Assembly (NCBI GenBank): GCA_964226055.1
Contig: CAXQQM010000275.1
Location: forward strand, 1-41,488
Source of the DNA: Robiginitalea sp.
Lineage (GTDB): Bacteria; Bacteroidota; Bacteroidia; Flavobacteriales; Flavobacteriaceae
Reading direction: 5' to 3'
DNA: 41,488 bases
This document shows, piece by piece, positions 1 to 10,548 of this stretch (position 1 is the first letter of the stretch; every line of letters starts with the position of its first letter). A model generated the notes under the pieces. It did not search any database and had not been told where the DNA came from. It worked only from the letters and a program-made list of their open reading frames with translations. The position numbers were made by a program, and so were the translations under genes.

Positions 1-2498
1 ACGACCTTATAGTTGGCCGATAAAATTACAAAATTCTCATTATCAATCCGGTAATCACGATTCTTTTTTAACAGCTCCACATAGCCGAGGGCAAAATCCC
101 GGGACCGGAAACCGTGTACCACAACAAACTGGTCTTCCAGGTTGTAAATGTCCCGGGAGATCCGGTTCCGGTACCCGAGGTCCTTCAGGGATTTCTCAAG
201 GTCTTCCATCAGCGCCAGGGCCTCTTTTTCCTGATGGCGCTTGAAGGGGAAGACCACCTTCCAGTTCTGGGTGCCGGGCGCGCTGAGCTCCTGGGTAAAT
301 TCCGTGGATTCCAGCTGGGGCAACTGCTCGGTGATGATTTGTTGCGCCTTGCGGCCTTCTTCGGTGTTCGGGTAATTCAGGGCCACGTAATTCAGGGCTT
401 CCCGGAAATCCTCAAAGCCCTGCAGCCGCCCGATGGCATTGGCTTTCAGCAGCTCGAGTTTGGGGACAATCGGGTCGCCGGTAAACTGGGAAATGCTCTC
501 CTCGCTGCCGGTGATGACCTCCAGGTAACGCTGCGCCTCGAAAGCCTTGAACAACTCCCCATAGCGGTACTCCGGGCTGTTTTCCATGGTGGCCAGTTCA
601 ATATCCGGATTGGTCAGGATGGCTGCATACCGGGATTGCGGGTGGTTTCGGATGATGTCCTCCCGCATGGAATCTTCCAGGGGGCTGCCCACCTCCTGGT
701 AAATCTTGTACAGGTTGTACTTGGACGGCAATACGAGCCGCTCTTCCGGGTCGGACTCCAGGACGCGCTCGAGTTTCCCGGCGGCCAAAAGGAGTTCCTT
801 GAATTTTTCCTTGTAGATCAGCCCGAGCTGGTAGTTCGAGAAATTCCGCTCACGGCGCAGGCTGTCCACCACCACCTCGTCAGTTGGGATCCGGCCCAGG
901 TAAAATTCCAGGGAATACTTTTCCTCCTCCGTAAGGTCTTCCGGCCCGGCCGCAGCCCCTGCCAGGTCGCCGGCCTCCCCGGATTCCGGTAAGGTCCGGG
1001 CCCGGTTGCTCCAGCGCCAGTTGTCCTCGAGTTCCCGGTTTCCCCATTTGTTGGTAAACGCGGTTTTCCCATATCCGAGGCTCGTGATGTTGTAGAAATA
1101 AAACTTCCCCTGGTTGGCTTTTCCACCGGCCGAATTCGCAAAAGCCTCGAACCCGGCTTCGGCCTGCCGCTCTTTGCGGGCAGCCTCCGCCTCGTCCAGG
1201 GCGCGGATTGAATCGATATAGGTCTGGAAATAGATCTCCCGCTGCACGGGCTCCATCTCATAGAGCGCTATCACGCTGTCCGCGTGCCGGACGATCTCCT
1301 CGTGCGCAATCACGTCGTCCAGGTTTTCCCGTTTCTTTCGGATGGCCCGGAATTCCCGGGTGTTCTCCTCCAGGTTCAGCAGGACGCTGTCGTAGTACGC
1401 CCCGGCCGGCCTGTAGGCGTTCCGGTCAAAGTTGTAATCCGCCAGGTCCGTGTAGTTGAAGGCATTGATGACCCGGTCGCCCTGGGTGGCCCGGAGCGAT
1501 CGGTTGTAATAATCCACCGCCAGGCTGTCGTGCCCCTGCCCCATGTGGAATTCGGCCAATTGCCGGTAGATCTTATCCAAAAAGGGCCGGTTTTCGCGGT
1601 TTTCCTCCAGGTCGGTCAGGTATTCCAGGACGGCGTCGCGGGTTTCCGCGTCCACTTCGGTATTCTGGATTTTTTTCAGGTGGGCGTTGATCAGGTAAAC
1701 CCTGGGGATCTTGCGGTTCATCGCGATGATCTTGTCGAAGGCCTGGTTAGCGCTGTCCGGGTGCTGCATTTGGTTGAACAACTGCCCGATGATAAACAGG
1801 TAGCGTCCGCGTTCCTCGTTTTTCCGGGTGTAGGCCGCCGCGGTCTTGAGTTGCTGCAAGGCGGTATCCGGATGGCTCAGATTGATGTAGGCCTGCCCCA
1901 TAATGGCCCGGGCATCCGCGTATTCCTGGTCGCTGAGCTCGATGTACTTGAAAAGCTGTTTCAGGTTTTTGATCGCAAGCTCCTCATACCCGAGGCGGAT
2001 GTTGGTCTTCTCCCGCCAAATCCGGGCTTCTGCCCGCTTGTCGCTGGATTCGTATTTCTGCAGGACGTAGTTGAAGGCTTCCAGGGCGGGGATGTAGCGC
2101 TCGTCGAAATACCGGGCCTTGCCCAGCAACAGGAAGGCTTCATCCGTCAGCGGGTTTCGCTCCCGGTCCGAGATGTCCATGCTGTGTTTCTGGATCGCCT
2201 TGGCGGCCTTTTCCTCGGCACGTAAGAAATTCGGGTTGTTGTCCTCGGAATCGAGCTTTACCTCGCCGGTAACCTCAAGCCGTTCCACCGGCAGGAGTTC
2301 CCAGTAGTTGTCTCGGTAGGTGGCATTGAGTTCCTCCCGCCCGTCTTCAAAGGCGAGTTCGCCGTTGTAGAGGACGTTGTACTTGGTATTCAGGGCATGC
2401 CAGTTGCGGTTGACGAAGGTGTCTTTCTTTGTCGAGCAGCCCCAGAATATTCCTGCCACCAGCGGCAGGCCGTAAAAAAATGCCAGACGAAGCTTCAA
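1..2498 (-). CDS. porW: PorW/SprE-like TPR lipoprotein (T9SS/gliding motility), 3'-partial
   Basis: Not in the ORF track because no stop falls inside the window. Hand translation of the minus strand from TTG at 2498 gives MKLRLAFFYGLPLVAGIFWG-CSTKKDTFVNRNWHALNTKYNVLYNGELAF (lipobox Cys), then KAIQKHSM, LLLGKARYFD, TPR-like helices and FYFYN..WGNRELEDNWRWS, which I recognise as PorW/SprE. The frame at the window edge (..ILSANYKV) matches the start frame. Confidence 0.85.
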   Translation of the reverse strand, partial: MKLRLAFFYGLPLVAGIFWGCSTKKDTFVNRNWHALNTKYNVLYNGELAFEDGREELNATYRDNYWELLPVERLEVTGEVKLDSEDNNPNFLRAEEKAAKAIQKHSMDISDRERNPLTDEAFLLLGKARYFDERYIPALEAFNYVLQKYESSDKRAEARIWREKTNIRLGYEELAIKNLKQLFKYIELSDQEYADARAIMGQAYINLSHPDTALQQLKTAAAYTRKNEERGRYLFIIGQLFNQMQHPDSANQAFDKIIAMNRKIPRVYLINAHLKKIQNTEVDAETRDAVLEYLTDLEENRENRPFLDKIYRQLAEFHMGQGHDSLAVDYYNRSLRATQGDRVINAFNYTDLADYNFDRNAYRPAGAYYDSVLLNLEENTREFRAIRKKRENLDDVIAHEEIVRHADSVIALYEMEPVQREIYFQTYIDSIRALDEAEAARKERQAEAGFEAFANSAGGKANQGKFYFYNITSLGYGKTAFTNKWGNRELEDNWRWSNRARTLPESGEAGDLAGAAAGPEDLTEEEKYSLEFYLGRIPTDEVVVDSLRRERNFSNYQLGLIYKEKFKELLLAAGKLERVLESDPEERLVLPSKYNLYKIYQEVGSPLEDSMREDIIRNHPQSRYAAILTNPDIELATMENSPEYRYGELFKAFEAQRYLEVITGSEESISQFTGDPIVPKLELLKANAIGRLQGFEDFREALNYVALNYPNTEEGRKAQQIITEQLPQLESTEFTQELSAPGTQNWKVVFPFKRHQEKEALALMEDLEKSLKDLGYRNRISRDIYNLEDQFVVVHGFRSRDFALGYVELLKKNRDYRIDNENFVILSANYKV

Positions 2499-2635
2499 AA
2501 TTCCCGGTATTCGTATGGTATCTAAACTGGAAAACCCCCGATTTAGTATGCCGCAGGGGCGATAATTGCTGCCGGAATCCTCCCCGGCCGGTTACGGGGA
2601 AGGGTATCCCGCAGGATTCGCCGGGCCGAAGTTGC

Positions 2636-3385
2636 TTATTCCCCCGTTTCCCCGGGGTCAGCAGCCGGTTGGGAGGCGGCGGCTACCGGTTCCCCTGCAA
2701 AGAAGGTTTCGAGTTCCCTGAGGGTCTCCGGTGTCGTGACGATATCCCGCACAATTTTCCCCTTGTCCAGGACCACAATCCGCTGGCAGACCTCCGTGAC
2801 GTGGATCAGGTCGTGGCTGGAAACCAGGACGGTCACTTCCCGCCGGGCTGCGAGTTCCCGGATAATCTTTTTCAGCCGGATCTGGGTGGTAGGGTCCAGG
2901 TTGGCAAAGGGCTCATCCAGGATGACGACTTCGGGCGACCCGATAAAGGTGGCCACGATGCCCACTTTTTTCTGGTTCCCCTTGGAGAGGTCCCGCAGGT
3001 ATTTCTTCTGGCCCATGATTTCCCCGTGGAAAAAATCCTCAAACCCGGACAGGAGTGCATCCACGTCGGCCCGGCTCTGGCCGCGGAGCTCCCCGATAAA
3101 GTAGAAGTACTCCTCCGGGGTCAGGTAGCCGATCAGGAAACTCTCATCGATAAAAGCCGAGGTAAAAGGCTTCCAGTCTTCGCTGTTACGCACCGGCACC
3201 CCGCCGCTGGTGATCGCTCCCGTCGTGGGTTCGATCAGGTCCAGAAGCAGGCTGAAGAGCGTGGTCTTCCCGGCCCCGTTGTTGCCGACCAGGCCGAAGC
3301 TCTGGCCCTTGGGGATTTCCAGGGACTCGATGTCCAAAACGGTTTGTTGGCCGTATTGCTTGGTGAGGTTTTCTGCTTGAATCAT
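2636..3385 (-). CDS. ABC transporter ATP-binding protein
   Basis: Walker A GNNGAGKT, degenerate signature LSKGN, Walker B VVILDEP, SSH H-loop. Start taken at ATG 3385 (MIQAENL). Confidence 0.93.
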   Translation of the reverse strand: MIQAENLTKQYGQQTVLDIESLEIPKGQSFGLVGNNGAGKTTLFSLLLDLIEPTTGAITSGGVPVRNSEDWKPFTSAFIDESFLIGYLTPEEYFYFIGELRGQSRADVDALLSGFEDFFHGEIMGQKKYLRDLSKGNQKKVGIVATFIGSPEVVILDEPFANLDPTTQIRLKKIIRELAARREVTVLVSSHDLIHVTEVCQRIVVLDKGKIVRDIVTTPETLRELETFFAGEPVAAASQPAADPGETGE

Positions 3386-3413
3386 TGGTGATACCAGTAT
3401 TATGTTACCTGAA

Positions 3414-4886
3414 TTATGCTTTTTGCTTGTAGGCAAGCAGTGTTTTGTATTTCTCTTTTTTGTAGATCTTTTCAATCATCCGGAACACCCGGTCCTTAAA
3501 TGCAAACCCGAGCACCCCAACCAGGGCTACCAGCAGGAAGCCGGCCGTTTCTCCCAGGAACATATCGCCCAGCCAGTAAACGAGCAGCGGCAGGAGCAGT
3601 TTCGGGATGGTGAGCAGGAGGGTTTTCATGTTGAAGGCCTGCTTGTCTCCAAATGCTTTCTTGTTGGAGGTGAGGTCGATGGGGGTTTTGATATAGGCGC
3701 CCCCCCAGAGGACCAGGTAGGAATTGATCCCGATATTGTAGACGGCACCCACCAGGATGGCCAGGTACGCTTCCCAGCCAAAGTAGAGATAGAAGACCGA
3801 CAGCACCGTGCTGATGGCCGTCGCAATGACGATAAGCCACCATTTGGAGCTGAGGTATTCCCGGTACTGGATGTTCTGGCTCATCATCAGCGGGTAGTAG
3901 GAACTGTCCCAGCTCGGGACGTACTGCCCAAAGCTGAACAGGAACCCCCCGGAGACAAAAATCCCCGCAAACACCCGCCAGACAGGGCTTTCGTATACCT
4001 CCAGCCCCCCAGAAAAGAAGAGCAGGCCGTAGAAGAGGAAGAGCACACTGACGATTACGGTGGTCTTGGAGCGCTTGTTGCGACGGATGAGCTTGATGTC
4101 GTTTTTAAGGAAGGTCCCCAGGTTCCCGAATCGGTTCAGCCAGGTGTAATCCTCGGTCTTCCCAACGGTTTTTTTGGTGGCCAGTCCGGCGTCCAGGTAC
4201 ATGTGTCGTTTGAAATAACTGAACGAGGCCCAGGCGGCAATGGCCAGGGCCACCCAGGGAATCACGGCGGTCCAGGGCTGGTCGTAGAACAGGTCAAAGA
4301 CGGGGCCCGTATAGGCAGTTATATCGAACCAGCCGTAATATTGGGAAATCCCCAGGAGGGCCAGTACCCCGATAAGTGGATAGAATATCCGGTCGACGTT
4401 GTTGATCAGGATATTCAGGAAGTTATTTGTGTAAAAGAGGGCAAAGCAAGCCAGGTGCCAGCCGATGACCGAGCCGGCCGGATAGCCTTTGATCAGCAGC
4501 ACGATGGAAAACGGCACGAAAAAGAAGGCGTGGCTGAAATTGAAAAAGGACAGGACGGTCTTGCCGAGTGAAAACCGGACCACGCTGGCCTTGGAAATGG
4601 GGAGGTAGAGCAGCGGCCGGATGTTGAGCACCGGCATCTTCTGCAACATATAGCGGAGATACAGGTCGCCGGCCAGATAATAGATCATAAAGCGGTTGAC
4701 CACCCGGAGCGGGTCGCCCAGGCCCGATTCCTCAATCATGAAATAGGCCCCCACCCCCAGACCCAGGAAGACCAGGATAAAGTACAGGGCCCCCAGGGCC
4801 ATCAGGATCTTGAACCAGATTTCGGTTTTGAAGGAGGCGGATCGGAAAAAGGCCTTCCACTGCAGCCGGATAAAATGTCTGAACAT
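3414..4886 (-). CDS. DUF5687-like polytopic membrane protein, probable permease partner of the adjacent ABC ATPase
   Basis: Starts MFRHFIRLQWKAFFRS, has about 12 hydrophobic segments, and lies directly upstream of the ABC ATPase. The family name is recalled, not searched. Confidence 0.75.
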   Translation of the reverse strand: MFRHFIRLQWKAFFRSASFKTEIWFKILMALGALYFILVFLGLGVGAYFMIEESGLGDPLRVVNRFMIYYLAGDLYLRYMLQKMPVLNIRPLLYLPISKASVVRFSLGKTVLSFFNFSHAFFFVPFSIVLLIKGYPAGSVIGWHLACFALFYTNNFLNILINNVDRIFYPLIGVLALLGISQYYGWFDITAYTGPVFDLFYDQPWTAVIPWVALAIAAWASFSYFKRHMYLDAGLATKKTVGKTEDYTWLNRFGNLGTFLKNDIKLIRRNKRSKTTVIVSVLFLFYGLLFFSGGLEVYESPVWRVFAGIFVSGGFLFSFGQYVPSWDSSYYPLMMSQNIQYREYLSSKWWLIVIATAISTVLSVFYLYFGWEAYLAILVGAVYNIGINSYLVLWGGAYIKTPIDLTSNKKAFGDKQAFNMKTLLLTIPKLLLPLLVYWLGDMFLGETAGFLLVALVGVLGFAFKDRVFRMIEKIYKKEKYKTLLAYKQKA

Positions 4887-4990
4887 CGGGTTGGTATCGG
4901 AATTCGGTTTGATTAGTCCCAAAATGGCCCCAATTGTTACAAAAGGTGGAATTTGCGGCCGGAACCTGTGCCCGAAAGTACGCCATTGCT

Positions 4991-4998
4991 TAGTTTTG
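4991..4998 (+). promoter_or_regulatory. Bacteroidota housekeeping -7 promoter element (TAnnTTTG)
   Basis: TAGTTTTG ends 15 nt upstream of the ferredoxin reductase ATG (5014). Confidence 0.6.
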
Positions 4999-5013
4999 CA
5001 CAAAATTTTGCGC

Positions 5014-6063
5014 ATGAGCGATTTTCATTCCCTGAAGGTTTCCCGGGTCCGTCGGCTGACCCCGAATTCCGTTGCCGTAACCCTGGAGGTCCCCGCAAAC
5101 CTCAAAGAGCGTTTTACATTTAAGGCCGGCCAGTATATCACCGTCCGTTCCGACGCAACCGGCAGCGACGTTCGAAGGGCGTATTCGATCTCCTCCCACC
5201 CCGGGGATTCCGGGCTGACCATCGGCATCAAAAAAGTGGCGGATGGAACATTTTCGGTATTCGCCAACGATTCGCTCCGGGAGGGGGACTCCCTGGAGGT
5301 AATGCCTCCCGAGGGAAGGTTTACCTACGAGCCCGGTACCCCGGGGAGGCACCTGGTTGCTTTTGCCGCCGGCAGCGGGATCACCCCGATAATGAGCATC
5401 CTGCGTACAGCCCTGGAAGGCGATGCGGAGGCGCAGGTGGTTTTGGTCTACGGAAACCAGAGCCGGGAGTCCACGATGTTCCTGGAAGACCTGCAGGCCC
5501 TGGCCAATAAATATCCCGATCGGTTTATTCCTTATTACTCCTTTAGTCGCGGGCAGTACGACGATTCCCTGTTTGGCCGCATTGAGCGGAGTACGGTGAA
5601 CTACATCGTCAAAAACAAGCACGGCGAACTGGCGTTTGACCGGTATTATATCTGCGGGCCGGAACCGATGATCCGCACCGTAGAGGAAACCCTCCGGGAC
5701 AGTGGGATCCCGGCAGACCGCATCCTCCACGAGCTGTTTGAAACCCCCGACCAACCGGATGAGCTCCAGGAACAACTCGAGGGAACCACCCGCCTGACGG
5801 TGGTCCTGGACGAGGAAACCCACGAGCTGAACATGGACCAGAAAAACGTGGTGCTCGATGCGGTGCTGAACGAGAAAATCGATGCCCCCTACAGTTGCCA
5901 GGGGGGGATTTGCAGTACGTGTATCGCCCGGATCCGGTCGGGAACGGCCCGGATGGCCCAGAACCAGATATTGACGGACTCGGAAATTGAAGAAGGCTTT
6001 ATACTTACCTGCCAGGCGCACCCCACTTCCCCGGAACTGACCGTAGATTACGACGACGTCTGA
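5014..6063 (+). CDS. PaaE-like ferredoxin-NAD(P) reductase (FAD/NAD-binding plus C-terminal 2Fe-2S)
   Basis: RRAYSI FAD motif, AAGSGITP, YICGP, and CQGGICSTC...LTCQ 2Fe-2S motif. Start ATG 5014 (MSDFHSL). Confidence 0.9.
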   Translation: MSDFHSLKVSRVRRLTPNSVAVTLEVPANLKERFTFKAGQYITVRSDATGSDVRRAYSISSHPGDSGLTIGIKKVADGTFSVFANDSLREGDSLEVMPPEGRFTYEPGTPGRHLVAFAAGSGITPIMSILRTALEGDAEAQVVLVYGNQSRESTMFLEDLQALANKYPDRFIPYYSFSRGQYDDSLFGRIERSTVNYIVKNKHGELAFDRYYICGPEPMIRTVEETLRDSGIPADRILHELFETPDQPDELQEQLEGTTRLTVVLDEETHELNMDQKNVVLDAVLNEKIDAPYSCQGGICSTCIARIRSGTARMAQNQILTDSEIEEGFILTCQAHPTSPELTVDYDDV

Positions 6064-6099
6064 TTGCCCCGGGCAGGAGGTGCTTCCCAAAGTCAGGGA

Positions 6100-6879
6100 C
6101 TACCCGTTGCTCCGGGCCCGATCCAGGACTTCCCTCCCGTGGTCGTAGCCGATCCGGTAGGCACGTTCGATGCCCTTTTTATCAAGTACGCCGATCTTTT
6201 CGAGTTCTGGCGGTTCAAATACCAGGTCGCAACTGTGGATCTTGTCCCGGTTGATGGCGTAGATCATCAGGGCCGTGGTGCGGTTGGTGAGCTGGATGGA
6301 GGACCGGATTTCCCGGGAACCGACCTTCCCGATAACCGATACGTTACTGCCAATCACATACCGGCAGTGCGGGGCGATGGGCTCAAGGGGGAAATTATTC
6401 ATGATACCGCCGTCTGCGTAGAGCGCCTCCCCAATAGCCACCGGGCTGAATATGGGTGGCAGGGCGGCCGAAGCCAATAGCGGGCGGATCAGTTCCCCGG
6501 ACTGGAAGTAGGCTTCCTGCCCGAGGTTCAGGTTGGTGGCAGCCACGTAAAGCCGCCGGCTGAGCTTTTCAAAGGAATTCTCCGGCCAGTAGGATTCGAA
6601 TAATTTAGAATACCGATCGGTATCAATGAATCCCGGTTTGCTGATACTAAAAAAGTTATAGCGGAACAGCGGGGTTTCCTTGAAAAAAGACAGCATCGCA
6701 TCCACAGGGACGTCTGCCGCATACAGGGCCCCGACCAGGGCGCCCACACTGCTGCCGGACACCCACTGGGGGTCCAGTTCGTATTCCCGCATGGCCCGGA
6801 TGACCCCGATATGTGCCATCCCGCGGACACCTCCCCCCGAAAATACGATACCGGAATCGTCTCTGCCCGGATAATCCAT
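6100..6879 (-). CDS. Patatin-like phospholipase
   Basis: GGGVRG oxyanion motif, GSSVG nucleophile elbow, DGG catalytic Asp. Start ATG 6879. Confidence 0.9.
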   Translation of the reverse strand: MDYPGRDDSGIVFSGGGVRGMAHIGVIRAMREYELDPQWVSGSSVGALVGALYAADVPVDAMLSFFKETPLFRYNFFSISKPGFIDTDRYSKLFESYWPENSFEKLSRRLYVAATNLNLGQEAYFQSGELIRPLLASAALPPIFSPVAIGEALYADGGIMNNFPLEPIAPHCRYVIGSNVSVIGKVGSREIRSSIQLTNRTTALMIYAINRDKIHSCDLVFEPPELEKIGVLDKKGIERAYRIGYDHGREVLDRARSNG

Positions 6880-6897
6880 AGCACGAACACTTTCCTG

Positions 6898-6905
6898 CAA
6901 ATATA
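6898..6905 (-). promoter_or_regulatory. Bacteroidota -7 promoter element
   Basis: TATATTTG on the minus strand, 18 nt upstream of the patatin ATG. Confidence 0.6.
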
Positions 6906-6970
6906 AAAGCCGCAGGCTATCGGAACGAATCCTTTGGCCTGCGGCTTTCACAATATCAGTTGTTATTCAG

Positions 6971-8527
6971 TCAGGAATCCATCCCAAAAGCGTAGTAATA
7001 GGTTTTCGGACTGTCCGGATACCGGCCGGCGAGCATGACGCCCCCATCCCTGTTTTTCTCCAACTCGGACCGGAATTCCTCCAGGTTATTCACCTCCCGG
7101 CCATTGACGCGGGTTACGATAAAGCCTTCCCGCATCCGGGTTTCCTGCCTCAGCAGGCCGGGTACCAATCGGGCGACCTCAACGCCACCGTCAATGCCCA
7201 GTTCGGAAGCCTGATCCGCGGGCAGGTTTCGGAATTCGGCCCCCAGGCGGTTGAACAATTCCCGGTCGGCACGGGCCACAAGGGTCGTCGTCCCGGCGGA
7301 GTCCTTCAGGGTAACTTCGAATTTCCGGGATTTGCCCCCCCGGTCCAGGGTAATCGTTACCTCATCCCCGGGACGAAAACCTGCAATCAACTCCTGCAGG
7401 CGGGGCGAACTGGCGACGGGCTTGTCGTCCACTGCCGTGATGATATCCCCTTCGCGGATACCGGCCTCCTGGGCTGCGCTGCCGTCATTTACCGAGGCCA
7501 CGTAGACGCCCGGAATCAGGTCGATGCCCTTGTCCTCGGCCAGGCGGCCGTCCAGGTTCTGTATCCGTACCCCGAGGATACCCCGCTGTACGTTCCCGTA
7601 TTCCAGGAGGTCTTCCACCACCTTGGAGACGATGTTGCTGGGCACGGCAAAGCCGTAGCCGCTGTAACTGCCCGTGCGGCTGGCGATGGCCGTATTGATG
7701 CCTATCAGGTCGCCGTTGAGGTTTACGAGGGCACCCCCGCTGTTGCCCGGGTTGATGGCCGCATCCGTCTGGATAAAGCTCTCAACGGCCAATTCCTCCC
7801 GGTTGATGTTGATGTTCCGCGCCTTGGCACTGACAATACCGGCCGTTACCGTGGAGTTCAGGCTGAAGGGGTTGCCGATGGCCAGTACCCATTCACCCAC
7901 TTCCACGTCGTCGGAATTCACCAGGGCAAGGGATTTCAGGTTTTCGGCCTCAATTTTCAGCAGGGCGAGATCCGTAGTGGGGTCCACCCCGATTACCTTG
8001 GCATCGTAGGTGCCGTTGTTGTGCAGGGTTACCTCCACCTCCTCCGCACTGGCGATGACGTGGTTATTGGTTACGATATAGCCGTCCTTATTGATAATGA
8101 CCCCGGATCCGGTCCCCATGCGCGGGAGTTCCTCGGGAATTTCCCGGCCGTTTCCGCCATCACGGGGGGAATCGCCCTCAGGGGCTTCAAAATACCGGCC
8201 GAAGGGACTGTCCCTGAAGAATTCCCGGAACGGGTCCGGCAGCTGGCGGTAGCTCCTGCCGTAAGGCTGGGTGCCCCGGGAGGTGATATGCACCACCGCG
8301 TCCAGGACTTTTTCGGTAGTCTCGGTAAAATCCAGGGGGGTAATATTCCCGTCTTTATCGGCTGTATACAATACGGGTTTGGAAAGGTTTTCGGGTGCCC
8401 GGTCCAGGGTAACCTGGCCGGCGTCCTGCCACTTGTCGATCCCGACCACCGTCAGGCTCACCAGCAGGGCGATGAGCGCCGCGAACAAATAGGTCCGCTG
8501 CGCCGGGTTGTTATTTCGCTTTTTCAT
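6971..8527 (-). CDS. htrA: HtrA/DegP/DegQ serine protease with two PDZ domains
   Basis: N-terminal TM anchor, GTGSGVII, TNNHV (His), TDLALL (Asp), QTDAAINPGNSGG (Ser), two PDZ-like regions. Start ATG 8527. Confidence 0.93.
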   Translation of the reverse strand: MKKRNNNPAQRTYLFAALIALLVSLTVVGIDKWQDAGQVTLDRAPENLSKPVLYTADKDGNITPLDFTETTEKVLDAVVHITSRGTQPYGRSYRQLPDPFREFFRDSPFGRYFEAPEGDSPRDGGNGREIPEELPRMGTGSGVIINKDGYIVTNNHVIASAEEVEVTLHNNGTYDAKVIGVDPTTDLALLKIEAENLKSLALVNSDDVEVGEWVLAIGNPFSLNSTVTAGIVSAKARNININREELAVESFIQTDAAINPGNSGGALVNLNGDLIGINTAIASRTGSYSGYGFAVPSNIVSKVVEDLLEYGNVQRGILGVRIQNLDGRLAEDKGIDLIPGVYVASVNDGSAAQEAGIREGDIITAVDDKPVASSPRLQELIAGFRPGDEVTITLDRGGKSRKFEVTLKDSAGTTTLVARADRELFNRLGAEFRNLPADQASELGIDGGVEVARLVPGLLRQETRMREGFIVTRVNGREVNNLEEFRSELEKNRDGGVMLAGRYPDSPKTYYYAFGMDS

Positions 8528-8573
8528 GTTGTAATATTTGAGTTTGACACAAATTTTTTTCGACCCGTTCAGG

Positions 8574-8588
8574 ACAAATCCCATGCCA
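8574..8588 (-). promoter_or_regulatory. Sigma54-like -24/-12 promoter upstream of htrA
   Basis: Minus strand reads TGGCATGGGATTTGT against consensus TGGCACG-N4-TTGC. Spacing is correct but -12 is GT rather than GC. It lies 46 nt upstream of the htrA ATG. Confidence 0.45.
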
Positions 8589-8645
8589 TAAATCCGGCTG
8601 TCAGTGCTAAAATTTTTTTAAAATTGGGAACGTGGGATGCTGAAA

Positions 8646-8665
8646 AACCGACTCCCCGGTCGGCA
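8646..8665. promoter_or_regulatory. Palindromic operator-like site 1
   Basis: AACCGACT-CCCC-GGTCGGCA, one of four copies of the same 20-bp inverted repeat around the ahpD-like/arsS/tetR module. Confidence 0.55.
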
Positions 8666-8771
8666 GGCCATCCCGAAATGTCCCAAAATGGATCCCGGGA
8701 AGGGTTTTTAACGACTTCGGGTGCCGGACGACGGATTTTCGGTCGGCTTCACAGTTCAGGCGGAGCAGGCA

Positions 8772-8791
8772 AACCGACCGGGGGGTCGGTT
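8772..8791. promoter_or_regulatory. Palindromic operator-like site 2
   Basis: AACCGACC-GGGG-GGTCGGTT, a perfect 8-bp inverted repeat. Confidence 0.6.
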
Positions 8792-8925
8792 GGGGCAAAT
8801 GCGACCCAATTATGTTAAATTCCCCGCTTCGGGTAATGGAAAACCGAACCTTGCGACCAAATTCCCGTAGGTATAGTTGGAAAACCTTTCCAAACGACCC
8901 GACCAGAATAAAAGAACAATCCATA

Positions 8926-9261
8926 ATGGCAGCAAATTATTACGACCCCGCCGACCTGAGGAAGTTCGGCAACATCACAGAATGGAGCGAGGAACTCGGC
9001 ACCAAATTCTTTGACTACTACAACTCCGTTTTCAAGGACGGGGCCCTCACGGCCCGCGAAAAATCACTGATCGCCCTGGCGGTTTCCCACGTGGTCAAAT
9101 GCCCGTATTGTATCGACGCCTACACCAAAGACGGCCTGCAGCGGGGCATCACCCGGGAGGAAATGATGGAAGCCGTCCACGCCGGGGCGGCCATCGAAAG
9201 CGGGGCGAGCCTGGTCCACGGCGTGCAGATGATGAACAAATACGACAAATTATCCATGTAG
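8926..9261 (+). CDS. AhpD/CMD-family peroxidase-like protein (type associated with ArsS radical SAM clusters)
   Basis: GALTAREKSLIALAV..VVKCPYCIDAY with CxxC, 111 aa, directly upstream of the ArsS-like gene. Start ATG 8926. Confidence 0.85.
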   Translation: MAANYYDPADLRKFGNITEWSEELGTKFFDYYNSVFKDGALTAREKSLIALAVSHVVKCPYCIDAYTKDGLQRGITREEMMEAVHAGAAIESGASLVHGVQMMNKYDKLSM

Positions 9262-9295
9262 GCCCGCCCGCATAGCCTGCTGAAAACCCTGAATT

Positions 9296-10351
<1,056 letters not shown>

Positions 10352-10383
10352 GGCGTCCGCTCATCCATAAATCCGTGCGCTTT

Positions 10384-10403
10384 AACCGACCGGGTGGTCG
10401 GTG
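10384..10403. promoter_or_regulatory. Palindromic operator-like site 3
   Basis: AACCGACC-GGGT-GGTCGGTG, between arsS and tetR. Confidence 0.55.
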
Positions 10404-10511
10404 CGTCATTCCAGCCGGGCGGTCATTCACCGGAATTTTTACACTTTGTCGAAATTTTTCCGGGATTCGTCAGATAAAACCTGCCATGCCCTGAATCCGC
10501 GAGTTCTTTGT

Positions 10512-10531
10512 AAACGACCGATTAGTCGGTT
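10512..10531. promoter_or_regulatory. Palindromic operator-like site 4 (candidate TetR autoregulatory operator)
   Basis: AAACGACC-GATT-AGTCGGTT, ending 17 nt before the tetR ATG. Confidence 0.6.
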
Positions 10532-10548
10532 GCCCAAAATCTTACATC

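Noticed and set aside
114-2225. Long plus-strand ORFs 114..992 and 1284..2225
   Set aside because: Antisense shadows of the PorW-like gene. They have no motifs and the composition typical of GC-rich reverse frames.
8710-8747. Partial matches to the palindrome (AACGAC.., ..GGTCGGC); also half-sites near 8892 and 38780
   Set aside because: Only one arm matches at the required spacing.
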